Of a stretch of 64,000 bases of DNA, positions 39,781 to 52,810 are shown one piece after another. A model generated the notes under the pieces. It had not been told where the DNA came from. It was given only the letters and a program-made list of their open reading frames with translations, and ran no database searches. The DNA comes from Sphyrna mokarran (lineage: Eukaryota): the NCBI GenBank assembly GCA_024679065.1, contig JAGIQG010000004.1, positions 31,558,001 to 31,622,000 of the forward strand, read 5' to 3'. Made by a program: the position numbers and the translations under genes. Position 1 is the first letter of the stretch; every line of letters begins with the position of its first letter.

Positions 39781-39903
39781 ACATGGGATTTTCCCGCCTG
39801 TTGTGAGTATTGTCTGGCCATGTTGAAGGTAAATGGTCTGTTGGACGGGATGCCAAATCTCCCTCAGCCAGTCTTGCCGTGACAGGATCAGAAAATTCCA
39901 GAC
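39781..39903. mobile_element. Short MITE
   Basis: TGGGATTTTCC / GAAAATTCCAGAC termini with ATA/ATA flanks. Confidence 0.5.
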
Positions 39904-40304
39904 ATAACTTTCTTTCCTTCTCACTCCTATTTGCTGTTGTCCTGCACAGATTCTGAAGGAACATAGTAAGAGAAAGTTAAGGATATGCACAGCCCATGCA
40001 GCATTAGAAATCAAGAGATCTGTCTTGCAATGTCTTTGCTGACTGATAAATGCCATTGTTGCTGCAAAAGTCAGCATCATAAGCAAATTTAACCATGGCA
40101 GATAGTTAAATAGCTTTGGCTTTCACTCTACTTGTTGTTGCAGGCCAGCAGGTTAAAAATTAGCATTTAGATGGAAAGTACATCGATCATAGAATGTTTG
40201 TGACCAGTCCTGCCCTGCTGAACCAGCACATGCAATGTCTGGTACTTTCTTAATCCTTTCAACAAGGTGCAATTAATGTGGCAGATTTGTTTTGGGGTGA
40301 ATAC

Positions 40305-40530
40305 GCAAGCAAAATACTACAGATATTGGAAATCTGAAATAGAAATAGAAAATACTCAGCAGGTCTGCCAGCTTCTACGGAGAGAGAAAAACACAGTTAA
40401 TCTTTCAATTCTGTGATCTTTCGTCAGGACTGGGAAAAGTTAGAAATGTCATAGATTTTGACAAGTGAGAGAGGATGAAAGGAAGAGAATGAAAGGACAG
40501 TTCTTTGACAGGCTAGAGGGCTGAGAGGTG
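40305..40530 (-). mobile_element. Penelope-like terminus with hammerhead core
   Basis: Similar to the 17190 arm; minus strand CAGTC-CTGACGA-AAGATCACAGAATT-GAAA-GATTAACTG. Confidence 0.55.
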
Positions 40531-40599
40531 AATTGGGAAATGTTTTCATCTCTGCTTATGATGTGGAGAGACCAAATGTAGACTGGGTGACAACATTGC

Positions 40600-40915
40600 A
40601 GAACCCCTCCACTCTCTGTGGTAAGGAGTTCCGAAGGCTCAAGTCCTTTGAGAGAAGAATTCTCTCACACCTCAGTCTTAAATTGAAGTCTCTTTATTCT
40701 GAGACTACGCCCTCTAGTCCTAGACCCCCCATGAGGGGAAACAACCTTTCAGCATTTACTTTGTCAAGCCCCTTAAGAATCCTATATTTTTCAATGAGAT
40801 TATCTCTCATCCTGTTAAATTCCAGTGAGTTGAGTCCCAATCCGTTTAATCTTTCCTCATAAGACAATTCCTCCTGACCAGCAGTCATCCCAGTGAACGT
40901 TTTCTGAATGGCCTC
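40600..40915 (-). mobile_element. CR1 fragment
   Basis: LSYEERLNGLGLNSLEFNRMRDNLIEKYRILKGLDKV. Confidence 0.85.
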
Positions 40916-40927
40916 AAGTTAAACATT

Positions 40928-42933
40928 GGGCAAATTTTACTGGTTTACCCCACCCATCAATGGGCAGAGCAAACCGGTAAACTCATGCAAAAACTCATGG
41001 AAATCAGGATCATGTCCGATTTCTTGGCTTTCGCAATTGTAAGAGAACCGAATTTCTGGCAAGAGGCAGCAAGGTGGCACAGTGATTAGCACTGCTGCCT
41101 CACAGCTTCATGGGCTGGGGTTCAATTCTGACCTCGGGTCACTGTCTGGAGTGGAGTTTGTATATTCTCCTCATGCCTGCATGGGTTTCCTCCATGTGTT
41201 CAGGTTTTCCCTTACAGTTCAATGATGTGCAGGTTAGCTGGATTGTCCAAGCTGATTTGCCCCTTTAATGTTAGGGGAACTAGTAGAGTAAATATGTGGG
41301 GTTATGGGGATAGGGCCTGGGTGGAATTGTTGTCAATGTAAACTCAATGGTCTGAATGACCTCCTTCTGCACTGCAGGGATTCTATGAGTCAGCCGCCTG
41401 CCCATTTCTGGTGACAGTTTGAATATATTAAATTTATTCCAATATTCATTAACATGTGTTTAGTGAGCTTGGCACTCAATCATCTGGGCTCACTTTATGG
41501 ACTTTATGGTGTTATGGACTCGCTGGGAAAAGTTTCCTTCAGCGAAGAAAAGACCTGCTTCCCATGAATGGGGAACAGTCATTTTGCCCATGCTGGTAGA
41601 ACCAGAGATAATTCAGGCCTCACAGGGAGGCAGAGAGCAAAGGGAGGAGTAGTGAGGGAAATGCCAGCGTGGCCATGCCATTCTGGAACCTTGGCACTGC
41701 CAGACTGGCAGCTTGGCAATGTTCACTGAGCTGTGCCAAAGGACAGGGATGAAGAGGGTGAGCCCTGACTGTGCTGTGGGAATGGGGCCTGGAGAAGCAA
41801 GGCCTTAAGGTGGGGCCTTGCTTCTCCAGGCCCCATTGATCTCTGACAGAATGTACAGTGATCACCCCCCCCCCCCCCCCACCATTCCCTCCCTCCACCA
41901 ATCACAATGCACAGTAGCAGCACCCCCATCGATCATTAGCAAAATGCATAACGATCCTCCCTCACAGATCAGACTGCCCCAACTTGGCCTCACCCCCTCC
42001 AGATTCCCCGTAAGGGCCCTGCCTCCTCCAGGCCTCATTCCCATAGGTAACGCCCCTTCAGATCTCACCCTCTTCATCTCTGTCCCTTGGCACTGCCCAG
42101 TGAACATTACCAAGATGCCTTTCCTTTTATTCTTCCCCCACCTTCCTCTTCCATTCACTTAATCAAAGCATTTACCAAACTGGGTGAAAGGTCAGCAACC
42201 TGAGACATCAGGCTGGTCCTGAGGATTGGAGTTGGTGGGGCAGGGAAAGTATCAAGGAACCATATCAGGTCCGCTTCCTGATGCAATCCCATCCTGGCAA
42301 CTTTTCCCAGGGACAGGCTGAGAATTATTGGCTACCCAACCCAGAGTGGCAGACAACCAATTAGTTCAACTAATGCCCCAGTTAGGGTCCATTTTGTACT
42401 GTTACTAGTATTTACTGACATTGGAGTGGCCCCTTGCTATGTGCACAGGCTGCCAGCTCAATTGAGGTGGCCCTTTGGCACCAGGCCTGGGGTCCATTAC
42501 AGCTGGAAGCTCCATGTCCCAGTGGTGAAGCAATGGGGTTGAAACCAGTGAGAAAAGGCCTACAGATAGCTTCTCTCCCACTTTAAAGCTTTTACTGGTT
42601 TCAGGAGTCTTCTGTGAAGCCTTTCTGCACTGGTCAGCAAGGGCACCAATGTGGAGTATCTCCATCTTGTCACACCCTTGAAGCCCTTGACCTATCTCAG
42701 CAGTGAACAATATCCCTGGCAGAACTGCCAAACCTCCGAAGCTAAAACCCCTCTGGGCCTACAAAACAGGGAATCCACCTACCCTCCTAAATAGAATGGT
42801 GAATGTAGAGGTGGCCGATGAGGGGCTGTTACCTGAAAGATTGTTCCCTTTGTCTCATAGCTGGAAACTTTGAGCTCAGTACCTCATCTAACCCATAGCT
42901 CAGGGTCCTTAAAGCCACTAGAAAATTGAGCTC
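40928..42933. mobile_element. GC-rich Harbinger-type non-autonomous element(s), probably composite
   Basis: Starts GGGCAAATTTTAC and ends GAAAATTGAGCTC; interior has TGGCACTGCC motifs like the other elements; TSDs do not match. Confidence 0.4.
41064..41388 (+). mobile_element. V-SINE type A
   Basis: Head, V-domain and tail CCTCCTTCTGCACTGCAGGGATTCTATG. Confidence 0.85.
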
Positions 42934-43754
42934 AATAACTCTGTTTTCTCTGTCCACAAAGCTAGGCATTTCTAGCTTATTTCTGGTCTTTAAGTTTTTG
43001 AAAAAAGGTTTTCCTTAAAGAAAGTACGCTTAGATAAATGACCCACTTCACTACATCACTTCAGATATGTGTTTTTTAAATCCCATTTAAAAAAAACTTG
43101 CATTTATTGTACCCTCCAAGTATCAGTAGCTAATTGAGAAATATTACCATCTGTGCAGTGACCTTGGTATGAGTGTGTGTCAATATTTCTCAGCAACGTT
43201 AGAGAAGAATTGTTTGACTTGTTAAACGCTCTGACACTATGAATTAATTCACGAAAGAACATTGAATCTTTTTGCTGTGCATTGGAATAAAAATTTCCCA
43301 GCTTTTAGGAAGAGTGTGTGGTGATTTGATAAACTCACCTTTTGATTTGGTCTATTTAAGGTGAGGCATTGGCCCAGTGTCGATTGGGTTTTATTTTTAT
43401 CTCAAAATTGAAACCTGGCAGGAAGAAAGTTAAGCTTGTTCCACACAAAAAAAACCAATGACCTCTGACAACCAATCCAACCATCATAAAAAGGTTGAAC
43501 TTTCATGCCAAGAAGAGTGGCAGCTCAGTTACAATATGTCAATAAACTAAATGTATTTCATTAAATATTTCACACATACAGCACTCTCTTTCTAAACAGG
43601 CAACCTCTGGATTGAAGCCATGCCAGCTGTTGGATTTTACCAAATATGAGTTGTGGGATGGAGAGGTTGGTGGGTAGTAGGTGGCGGGGGTGGGGGGACG
43701 TTGGTTTGGGTAGGGGGGTGAATGGTGGTGGTGATTGGGGGTCCAGGTTTAGAA

Positions 43755-44058
43755 TTACTGGCTCGCAGCGCTAAGGACCCATTCCAGCCTTGGGTGACTA
43801 TATTGTGAAGTTCGCACGTTCTCCCTGTGCTTGTTTAGGTTTCCTGCTGTGCTCCAGTTTCTTCCCGCAGTCCAAAGATATGCAGATTCATTGGATTGGC
43901 CATGCTAAATTACCCCTTGATGCAGGTTAGGAGATTAGCAGGGTAATTACGTGGGGTTGTAGGGTTGAGGCTTGGGTGGGTTGCTTTATTACAGAAGGCA
44001 GACTTGATGGGCCAATTGGTTTCCTTCTGCACTATAGGTATTCTACGAAATTCTATGA
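43755..44058 (+). mobile_element. V-SINE type A
   Basis: Decayed head, V-domain and tail. Confidence 0.75.
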
Positions 44059-44449
44059 AAGGTTGTTCGAAGTGCAGGAATAGACTGATGTCTAAGCAGC
44101 TAAGCAGATAGCTACTCCAATGCAAAGCGGTGCCAAGTTAAATTGTCCTGATAAGTGAATTTTAATTGAGTAAAATATATTAAAAAACTGCATGGCACAA
44201 TCTAAATATGTTCTGTTTTTCAGACAATTCCAGTTTTGAAGTATCCGGTTTTGAGAAGGTGTAACTGCACTTCCCACTTACAAAACCTGACATCATGTTG
44301 TCATATCTTTACCATTATAAATTCTTGTGCCCATATTTAAAATGGAAACAATCCACATTGATTTTTGACTAGGTTAATGCAAGCTTTGCCCCAGCTGAGA
44401 AGAACTAATATCAATTCAGCATTTTTAGAAGTTCATAAGCAGATCTGAT

Positions 44450-45130
44450 TTCAAGAACAAAGAGAGCAAACAACAAAAAACAGTACAGTTCACGAAGAGG
44501 CCCTTCAGCCTTCCAAGCCTGTGCTGATCATGATGCCCTAACAAAATAAATCCTTCTGCTCTTGCTCAGTCTGTGCCCTTCTATTCCCTCCCTATTCATC
44601 CGGATGCCTCTTAAATGTTGTTAATGTGTCTGCTTCCAACACAGCCTTATTCTAAGGATCCACCACTCTCTATGTGAAAAGCTTCCCCGCACAAATCCCT
44701 AAAACATTCCCTCTTTCACCTTGAACCTGTACCCCTTGTAATTGACACTTCCACCCTTGGAAAAAGCCTTTGACTATCCATCCTGTCTCTGCCTCTCATA
44801 ATTTTGTAGACCTCTCCTGAGGTCTGCCCTCAGCCTCCGTCTTCCAAAGAAAACAATCCTCATTTATTCAACCTTTCCTCATAGTTGCCTTTGAGACTAG
44901 ACAACATCCTGATGAATCTTCTTTGCACTGCCTCCAAGGTTTCCATGTCCTTCAGGTAGTGTGATGACCAGAACTGCATGCAATACTCCAAATGTGGCCT
45001 AAGGTTTTATCTCACTGCAACATGATTTCCCAATCCTTGTACTCAGTGTACTCCTTGCTGATGAATGCAAGCATGCCCTACACTCTCTAAATCACCTTGG
45101 CCACCAGTGTTGCCACTTTTAGGGAACTGT
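44450..45130 (-). mobile_element. CR1 LINE 3' fragment
   Basis: Reverse complement of a 10305-10975-like sequence with an AACAAA-rich tail. Confidence 0.85.
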
Positions 45131-45941
45131 GGTGTAATTTGGAATGAGTATGGATTCTTGTTTATCATTTAATGCTTTTATAACTGATTATTCAAAGTGC
45201 TTTTTGTATTGTTTTCATTGATCAATTTTCTTAGTACATGATATTTTTAGTTATAAAGTAAGGATAATGACAAAATAAAAGAAAAACACAAAATTTGATA
45301 AATAAAACACAGTCCAATGGATAAATGTAATTTGATGGTTTTCTTAAAGATTGAAATGCTCCAAAAGACTGGACTTGGAGTGAATACTTTATCTAGGGTT
45401 ATGATGTTGTTAGTTAAATGCAGATCACACAAATGCCAAGGCTTTATAAAGATATAAGTTATTTTCAAGATATATTTTTAGAAGAGAGGCTGTTGGTGTT
45501 ACGAACAGAAAATATACACTCTGCTGTTTACACAAAGTATTCCAGCTTTTGTCTTGTATTCAATTTTAGAACAAACGTTTAACTGGAAGAAAATCTTTCC
45601 TCATCCTAATTTAAGGCTTCTTTCTTCAGCATAAATTGAGGGTTGAAAACAATGGAAAACTTTTAATTATCTCTTGTGTTTCTATTGACTGATAATCTTA
45701 ACATACTAATTGTAGCATCTGTGACACAGCGATACAGAGAGAGAGAGATGGGCAGCTGCCCTGGGGATTGTGCCAATTTGTGAGAGAATCATTATAATGA
45801 GTATAAAAACCAGAAATTCCAACCAGAATTTCCCGACTTCTTCTTTACACTCCAACATATAATCCTATTCTTCAATAATTCCCATCAGTCCCCAGAAAGG
45901 GATCCTGGAGAGAAGCTCATTATATCATGTTCAAAACCAAC

Positions 45942-46777
45942 AGGCAGAGTTTTCCCCTTTTCGCTCAAAGTGCCAGCTGAAGCGTAAAAACTGATGTGAG
46001 GCTCGCATGCTTTTCTCACCACATTGTGCAGCAGTCTGTTAAAACAAAACTGCAGGCGTGGCCCTCATCATCATACTGGCAGAATAGAGCCAAAAAATGC
46101 CGGAAGCACAGGGGAATCCCAGATTCAGGGCACCTTTTTAAATTGGCGCCACAGTCTCCAAAAGAGACAAATGTGCATCCGCCCATGATCGGTCCAAGAA
46201 CTCAATTTTAGATTGGCTGACCAATCAGCAGACAACCAACGTGAAATGCATGTTGAGAAAGCTCAGCGCTGCCAATGGCAGAGTTGGGGGGGAAAGAGGG
46301 CGGATACCAAGAAAAGGGATGGTGTAGGCTATGACTTCTTATGGCCTTGCTCAAAATGGACAACAGCTGACTTAGTGAGCTACAGACCTTTGCACATTCA
46401 ATATAATAAAAAAAATTACTGTAAATTCAAGGACCTGGCATCAGAACTCAGAAAACCTTAGTCCCCAGTTGTTTTTTACATTTCATTTCAGCCCTGACCT
46501 TTTACCCTGCTCTGGCTTGAGGTTGTAGCTAAAATCTGAAGGCAGCTTGGCCAATTGGCCCGCCCGCCAACCACAAAGGTAGACGGGCCACATGAAATCA
46601 CTTTTTAATTGACTCCTTAATGGGTCTAATAGCTCTTTGAATTGTCAGCGGGCACGCTTCTGAAATACCGTGTGAGTATGTGATGATGTCAGGACACGCA
46701 CCCAATGTCTTCTTGAGTGATTTCACCCACTTCTGGGTTGTGCATGTGCCTACCTGAACAATGTAAAATTCTGGCCC
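45942..46777. mobile_element. Harbinger-type non-autonomous element(s)
   Basis: GGCAGAGTTTTCC / GTAAAATTCTGGCCC termini; right ~250 bp homologous to 53560-53826. Confidence 0.5.
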
Positions 46778-47519
46778 TGACTTCTGCATTGGATTGTGTT
46801 TTACACACAGAGCCATCGTTCGAGGGTATTTTTCAATTCATTGAATGACTGCCATTTCTTGTGCACCAATTACTTTAGCAAAAGATCAACTGGACTATTG
46901 CTTGGCAAATGACAGAATAACGTTTTTACTTAACAAGAGAATGCACTCCCCCAACTCAAAACCTGATGGGACTCAAGCTGGCAAAGATGCTAAACTTCCC
47001 ATATGTTATAACTTCTTAATTGGATAACTACATCATTGATTAACCTACATGGAACGATAAACGGATCTGCATCTGCTTAATATGTATCCAGCAGAGTTCC
47101 ACTTTAATTACTGTGGCCTTCCCAGACGCTTGGCTTGCCAAACAGTCAACATTTCTATGAATTTCAGTGATGCATTTACATTGCTGTCTCTGGCTAGGCA
47201 AAAGAAAATGAGATTGGGGGCCAAGCTAAGTTAAAATGCTCAATAGTTTGTACTAATGGTTAATATTTGGATTTTTCATTTGAAGTTTTGTTTGTCTTTA
47301 CAATCCCTGTTAAACGCTCTCAACTAAGCATTGAACTGTTCCAACACAGAAGAGCAGATATTTGACACTGCTGCTTGAAATCTTTCCAAAGTAATTGATA
47401 ATGTTTAATAGAACCTGGAAAGCCAACATTTCGAAATTGTAACTGTGGGAATGGGCCATAATAATAAGCACTCCACATCTTCTCATGCTATTATTGATTG
47501 ACGACTGCAAGGAACTTGG

Positions 47520-48480
47520 AATTAATATTTCAGGAAAAATGGCATTGTCAGAAGGCTGGGTCATTCAGCCCCTTGAACCTGGTCCACTGTTCAGTTTGAC
47601 CATGTCTGATCTGAATCTTAACTCTATCTACTCTCTGTGGTTCTGTTACCCTTAATACTGTTGATAAACACAAATCTATCATTCAGTTTGCAAATTTTCA
47701 ACTTACCTAACTGCCCTGTTTTTTTTTTGTGGGGAAAGAGAGTTTCACATGATGACTACACCTTGTGTGAAGAAATATTTCTTGACATCATCACTGATGA
47801 TGATTTTGAACTTTATTCTCCTTGATCTGGACACTCTGTCCAGAGTAAAGAGTTTTGTTTCTCCAATTTCTTCTACCTACGTCCTATGGGACAGCACGTT
47901 GGCACAATGATTAGCACTGCTGCCTCATAGCACCAAGTACCCAGATTCGATTCTGGCTTTGGGTCTCCCTATGTCTGTGTGGGTTTCCTCCGGGTGCTCC
48001 AGTTTCCTCCCACAATCCAAAGATGTGCAGGTTAGATTGATTGGCTGTGCTAAATTGTCCCTTAATTACTGGGAGTTTACCAGGGTAAATAAGTGGTGTT
48101 ACAGGTATAGGGCCTGGGTGGGGTTGTTGTCAGTATAGGCTTGTTAGATCAAATGGTCTCCTTCTGCACAGTAGGATTCTTTGATTCTATGATTCAAAGC
48201 CTTTAATAATCTTAAATACTACAAGTTAATCATGCCTTGGTCTTCTACATTCAAGGAAATGCAGGCAAAGTCTATGCAGCCTGTCCTCATCAATTAACCC
48301 TTTAGTTCTGATATCATTCTGATGAGCTTGCAGTGCCTTCTTCCAAGGCCAATATATCCTTCCCAGGATATATTGCAGTACTCCAGGTCTTTCCAGATCT
48401 CCATACAAGTATAATATAACTTTATTCTCTTGTTTTCTAATGCTTATGTGATAGAAGTCAGCTACGAACACTCTTATGCT
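47520..48480 (-). mobile_element. Old CR1 3' fragment split by a SINE
   Basis: IRTKGLIDEDRLHRLCLHFLECRR remnant and CR1 tail near 47560-47620. Confidence 0.65.
47888..48195 (+). mobile_element. V-SINE type A
   Basis: Head, partly deleted V-domain and tail. Confidence 0.85.
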
Positions 48481-48496
48481 ATCTATGTTCATACAA

Positions 48497-49170
48497 TTAG
48501 CAATTTACATTTATAGAACACCTTTAACGTGGTAAAATGTCCCAAACTGCTCCGCTGAAGCCTTATCAAACAATATTTGACACTGACCCACCGAGGTCAT
48601 TATTAGGGTAGGCAATCAGAAATGTGTTCAAAGAGGTAAGCTCTAAAGAGTTTAAGACAGTAGAGAGTGCAGAATTTCAATGAAGGGACTGCAAAGCACA
48701 GAGATTTGTGGTGGACCTAGGCAGCTGAAGGCAAAATGCCAGTGCTGGGGTGAAGGAAATCAGGAATGTACAAAAAACAAAAATTGGAGGAATGCGGAGT
48801 TCTCCGTTCTACAGTTGGAATCGGTTTCAAATCTAGAAAGGGAATGAAGGGAGTTGAACATAGGGATGAGAATTTTAAAACTAAGGCATTGCCAGATCAG
48901 GAATCAGTGTGGGTGACTGGAGACCAAAACCTAACATGAGCCAGATATGAGCAGTAGATCTTTGGGTGAGATTTATAGAGCATGGAAGAATCTCCAGGAA
49001 AGAGTTTGGAGATAAAAAGAAGCTGGGGTGAGGCTTTAAGCTCCAGATAGACCAAGGTAGGAGCCGAAATGAAGGCTGTCACAGGGGGTGAAGTTGCTAG
49101 TTTTGGTGACAAAAAGGGTACAGGATCGGAAGAACAGCTCAGATTAGAATAGATCGTGAGTGGTTTGATT
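48497..49170 (-). mobile_element. L2-type LINE 3' fragment
   Basis: Minus-strand end TTAAAGGTGTTCTATAAATGTAAATTG (L2-type tail shared with Deu SINEs); GCCTTCAGCTGCCTAGG. Confidence 0.55.
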
Positions 49171-49259
49171 CAGTTTTAAGAATTTGCCACTTAGCACCAG
49201 GATCTAGGATGGCCTTTGGATCCAACCCTGAGGCCCTTTGAAATTCATCTTCAATGCTT

Positions 49260-49760
49260 CAGGTCAAAGATCTTCCATCAGTACTGGAAGAAAATAGACA
49301 GGTTTGAATCAAATGCAGAGACAGGGAAAGAGGAGAGGGGAGGAACGAACAAAAGGGAAGGTAAAAAGATTAAAATGACAACAAGGATAATGGTTGAGGG
49401 GAAAATGGAATGGTAATGGGACAAATGGAGAAAGAAAAGATGGATCCAGAGGAGGTCTGATAAAATAAGACTGGTCGTGAATTGAAATGATCAAATTTAA
49501 CATTAAGTCTGGAAGGCTGTAAGGTGCGGAACTGAAAGATGATGTGCTGTTCCTCCAGCTTCTGCTCTGTTTTGTTACTACAGTGTGTCAGAGTGGGAGT
49601 GAGCAGAGAATCAAAATGGCAAACGAGCAGAAGTTCAAGGCCAAACTTGCATATTGAATGTAGGTGTTCCACAAAGTGATCACTCAATCTGTCTGTGGTC
49701 TTGCCAGTGCTGAGGAGACTGCATCTTAAAGAGCAAATGCCTTATTCTAAATTGAAAGAA
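49260..49760 (-). mobile_element. Penelope-like element, GIY-YIG endonuclease C-terminus and 3' region
   Basis: SDHFVEHLHSI..LVCHFDS..KLEEQHIIFQFRTLQPSRLNVKF. Confidence 0.8.
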
Positions 49761-49769
49761 ACATACTTA

Positions 49770-50100
49770 AGAAACATAGAATAGAGCTACAGCATCCCTA
49801 CAGTGCAGAAAGAGGCCATTCAGCCCATCAAGTTTGCAGTGAAAACAATCCCAACCTATCCCCATAACCCCACACGTTTACCTTACGAATGCCCCTGAAA
49901 CTGAGGTCAATTTAGCACAGCCAATCAACTTAACTCGCACATTTTTGGACTGTGGAGGAAATGGAAGCATCCAGAGGAAACCCATGCAGACATGGAGAGA
50001 ATGTGTAGACTCCACACAGACAGTGACTCAAACCCGGAATCAAATCCAGATCCCCGGTACTGTGAGGTAGTAGTGCAAACCATTGTGCCATCAGGCCACC
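49770..50100 (-). mobile_element. V-SINE type A
   Basis: Reverse-complement head, V-domain and tail. Confidence 0.85.
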
Positions 50101-50489
50101 TTCAAGTGCTATTTCTAAAATCTTTAAATTTTGCATCAATCTCAAATAATTTTTTTTGCACTTTCTACACTTGTGCAATACCTTAGCTTAGTTTTAAATG
50201 ATCTTGAATTTTAAGGCTTCCATGTTTATCCTTGTTCTGATTCATTGTAACGATTTGTTGCTGATTTAAGCAACTGCTCTCATCCTGGTGCTCATAACAT
50301 GTTGCAACCTTGCTTTAGCGTAGTTGCCACTAGATTCTGCATACAGTCAAAACAAGCTCACCACCCCACCTGCCCCCAGCTCTTGAGATCACGTTGGGAT
50401 CTTGCCATGATGGCTAAATCCAGCCTAATGATTCCAGATGGTGACTTTTCATCATAGAAGTAACAGACACTATTCATGACCTGTCAGTC

Positions 50490-50750
50490 ACAATGGAGCA
50501 TGATTCTTGTCTGAGGGGAGAGAAAGACAAAGTGAAAGCAATGTGTCAAAAGTGGCATTGCTAATACAAGTGTGATGAAAGTGGAGAGACTGATAAAGTG
50601 GAGTCCTCACAGGAAGTTGGATAGAAGGAAATCTAATCAAGGAACCAATGGTGTCAGTAGACTTGCTGTGAAAATTTGTTGATAGTCTATCCATAAGAAT
50701 AAAAAGAGGGATGTTGATAACAGAAAAAAAAAGTTGATGATGAATTGTGA
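50490..50750 (-). mobile_element. Penelope-like RT C-terminal remnant
   Basis: DRLSTNFHSKSTD..S..PVR..QSLHFHHTCISNATF resembles the PLE motif 'DRLST.I.YKPTD..SHP..K.SIP.SQ.LR.RRICS...F'. Confidence 0.6.
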
Positions 50751-51299
50751 AAAGACAAGTGTTGGTAGAAAAACACATCTGCACTTTTTGTGCATGTGTA
50801 CATGCATTTGATCAATTTTGTGGTGTTGTATTAATTTATGTTAAATGTATGAGAATAAGTAATCGTGTTTATTACAAACTCACAAAATCTTACTGCTGAA
50901 TTATTTAATTGGAACACACATTCCAAGGATAATAAGATACACCTCTTTCAAAATAAAACATTACTGTTAACAAGCTGTATGAAAGTAAACACAAATTGTG
51001 TCTCAACTACCATGGGAATCATTGGGAGCAAGAATTTGCAGGAGATTTAAATGCCCATTGACCTCGGATGGGTGTTTCTGGTCTCAGGGCCGGCACGACC
51101 AAAAAATTCTTTCCATAGGCCAGAACTTTCTGGCTGTTCGCACTGGTGGGTGCCAGTTTCATGGCAGTAAGAGTTGAATTCAACAGAAACCCTGTTAACA
51201 ACACTGGGACCAGAATATTCCACTGCCAGCCTATGGGAAATCCCACCCATATTGTTCCTGACTCATCCTCTACAAGCAAAAAGAATTTGTTTAAATCTT

Positions 51300-51505
51300 G
51301 CACTCTTTTGAGTTAGCTAGGACTTGGAAGCCTATAGTTCTCAATGATAAGACCACAATGAATGAGAGCTGGCTTGCTAACCAATCAGCACCCTTTTCCC
51401 CTGCAGTATAAATTGTTATGATTTTTGAAATTTGGCATTCTTGTGTTTGTCCTGATGAGTGCAAGTCAGAACACTTTGACAACATTTCTCTCTTTTGAGC
51501 AATGT
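51300..51505 (+). mobile_element. Probable Penelope-type terminal repeat
   Basis: CCAAT (51381), TATAAA (51407), then TTGTC-CTGATGA-GTGCAAG...GACAA. Confidence 0.4.
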
Positions 51506-52810
51506 TTTTATAGGTGCTGCTGTCTGAGATTGATTTGACCTCTCCAATTGGTATTGTATACTAGCATTGCATTCATTGATAAATTTCAGCAAGTCCAAGA
51601 AAGCGGTGGACCCAATGTTAAAGTCAAAAGTCTGTGCATGGATTATTCTAATTGAGTGATTAAAGCATGTTAATTCTCCCAAGGAGGTATCTTCCCTGTC
51701 AATTTCCAAAATTCTGACCCACAGCTAGACTTCAACATCCATTCTCCATCACATTAACATTAGCTTCTATGTTTCCATTTACTCTCTAGGATTTATATCC
51801 ACTAGAGCCGTGAGATTCCCTAATATGGTTTTGATTCTTAGGTTAATGTATAAATAATAAACTAAAATTCTTCCAATGACAGACATGATTTATGTTGCAA
51901 TGGCATAATCACAGCAGTATTCTCTCTTCCTCAAAAGAATTAATCTGAGTTGGGTATCGAGGTGCAGCAAGCCTTCACACACACATCCATATCTTGTGCA
52001 TGACAGCCCTTCAGGTCCATTGAACTGTTGGAGGCATATTTATAAATTGTAGTTTAATTACGACATTGTAAAACTTTGGCTGCAGAAGGTAGAAGGACAA
52101 ACGCAGAAAATTACGGTCTTTGCCTGAACGCATTCTATTGTGTGCGTTCTTGAAGAAAGTGTTCTGAAGGAATATTCCTTCTGTGTAATGTCTGCTGCTC
52201 AGTGAGTTGTATAGGGTAAGGCCTTTTAATACATGGCTGCTCAGAGTTATTTTTTCTGGGCGACAGAAATGCTGACAATTGATTCTGATGCTGACAGTTT
52301 CCTATGTGCCTTTTGGCCATGGTCTGAGTGTAACTATATCCAAGTGCGGTTGAAAATCAATATTTATACTTCAGTATCATTATGCATCTTAAAACAAAAT
52401 CTCAGCACACTACGCCTGCTTGGCTGATTTAGTCATCTGTTACAATTTACAGCACTTTGGTGACATCAATATAATATTTCCTAAAATACCAGAGTTTATA
52501 TGTTTGCATTCTTTATTGTAATAATATGGAGAATCATAGATTCCTGTAGTACAGAAGGAAGCTATTGCAGGCTCTTTAATTGTTAATTCTTTATTTAGTT
52601 CCATTCCTGGATTTTTTCCTCATGCACTGCAAATGTTGCCCCTTTAGATATTTATCTGAATTCCCTTTTTGAAAGTTATTATTGAATCTCATTCTACCAG
52701 GTTTTCAGGAAGGGTCTTTCAAATCACAACTCACTGTGTAAAAACAGATGTCTCCTCATGTAACATTAAATAGAGGATGTTGAAGTGCAGTAAACAGTGC
52801 AGGATTCCAA

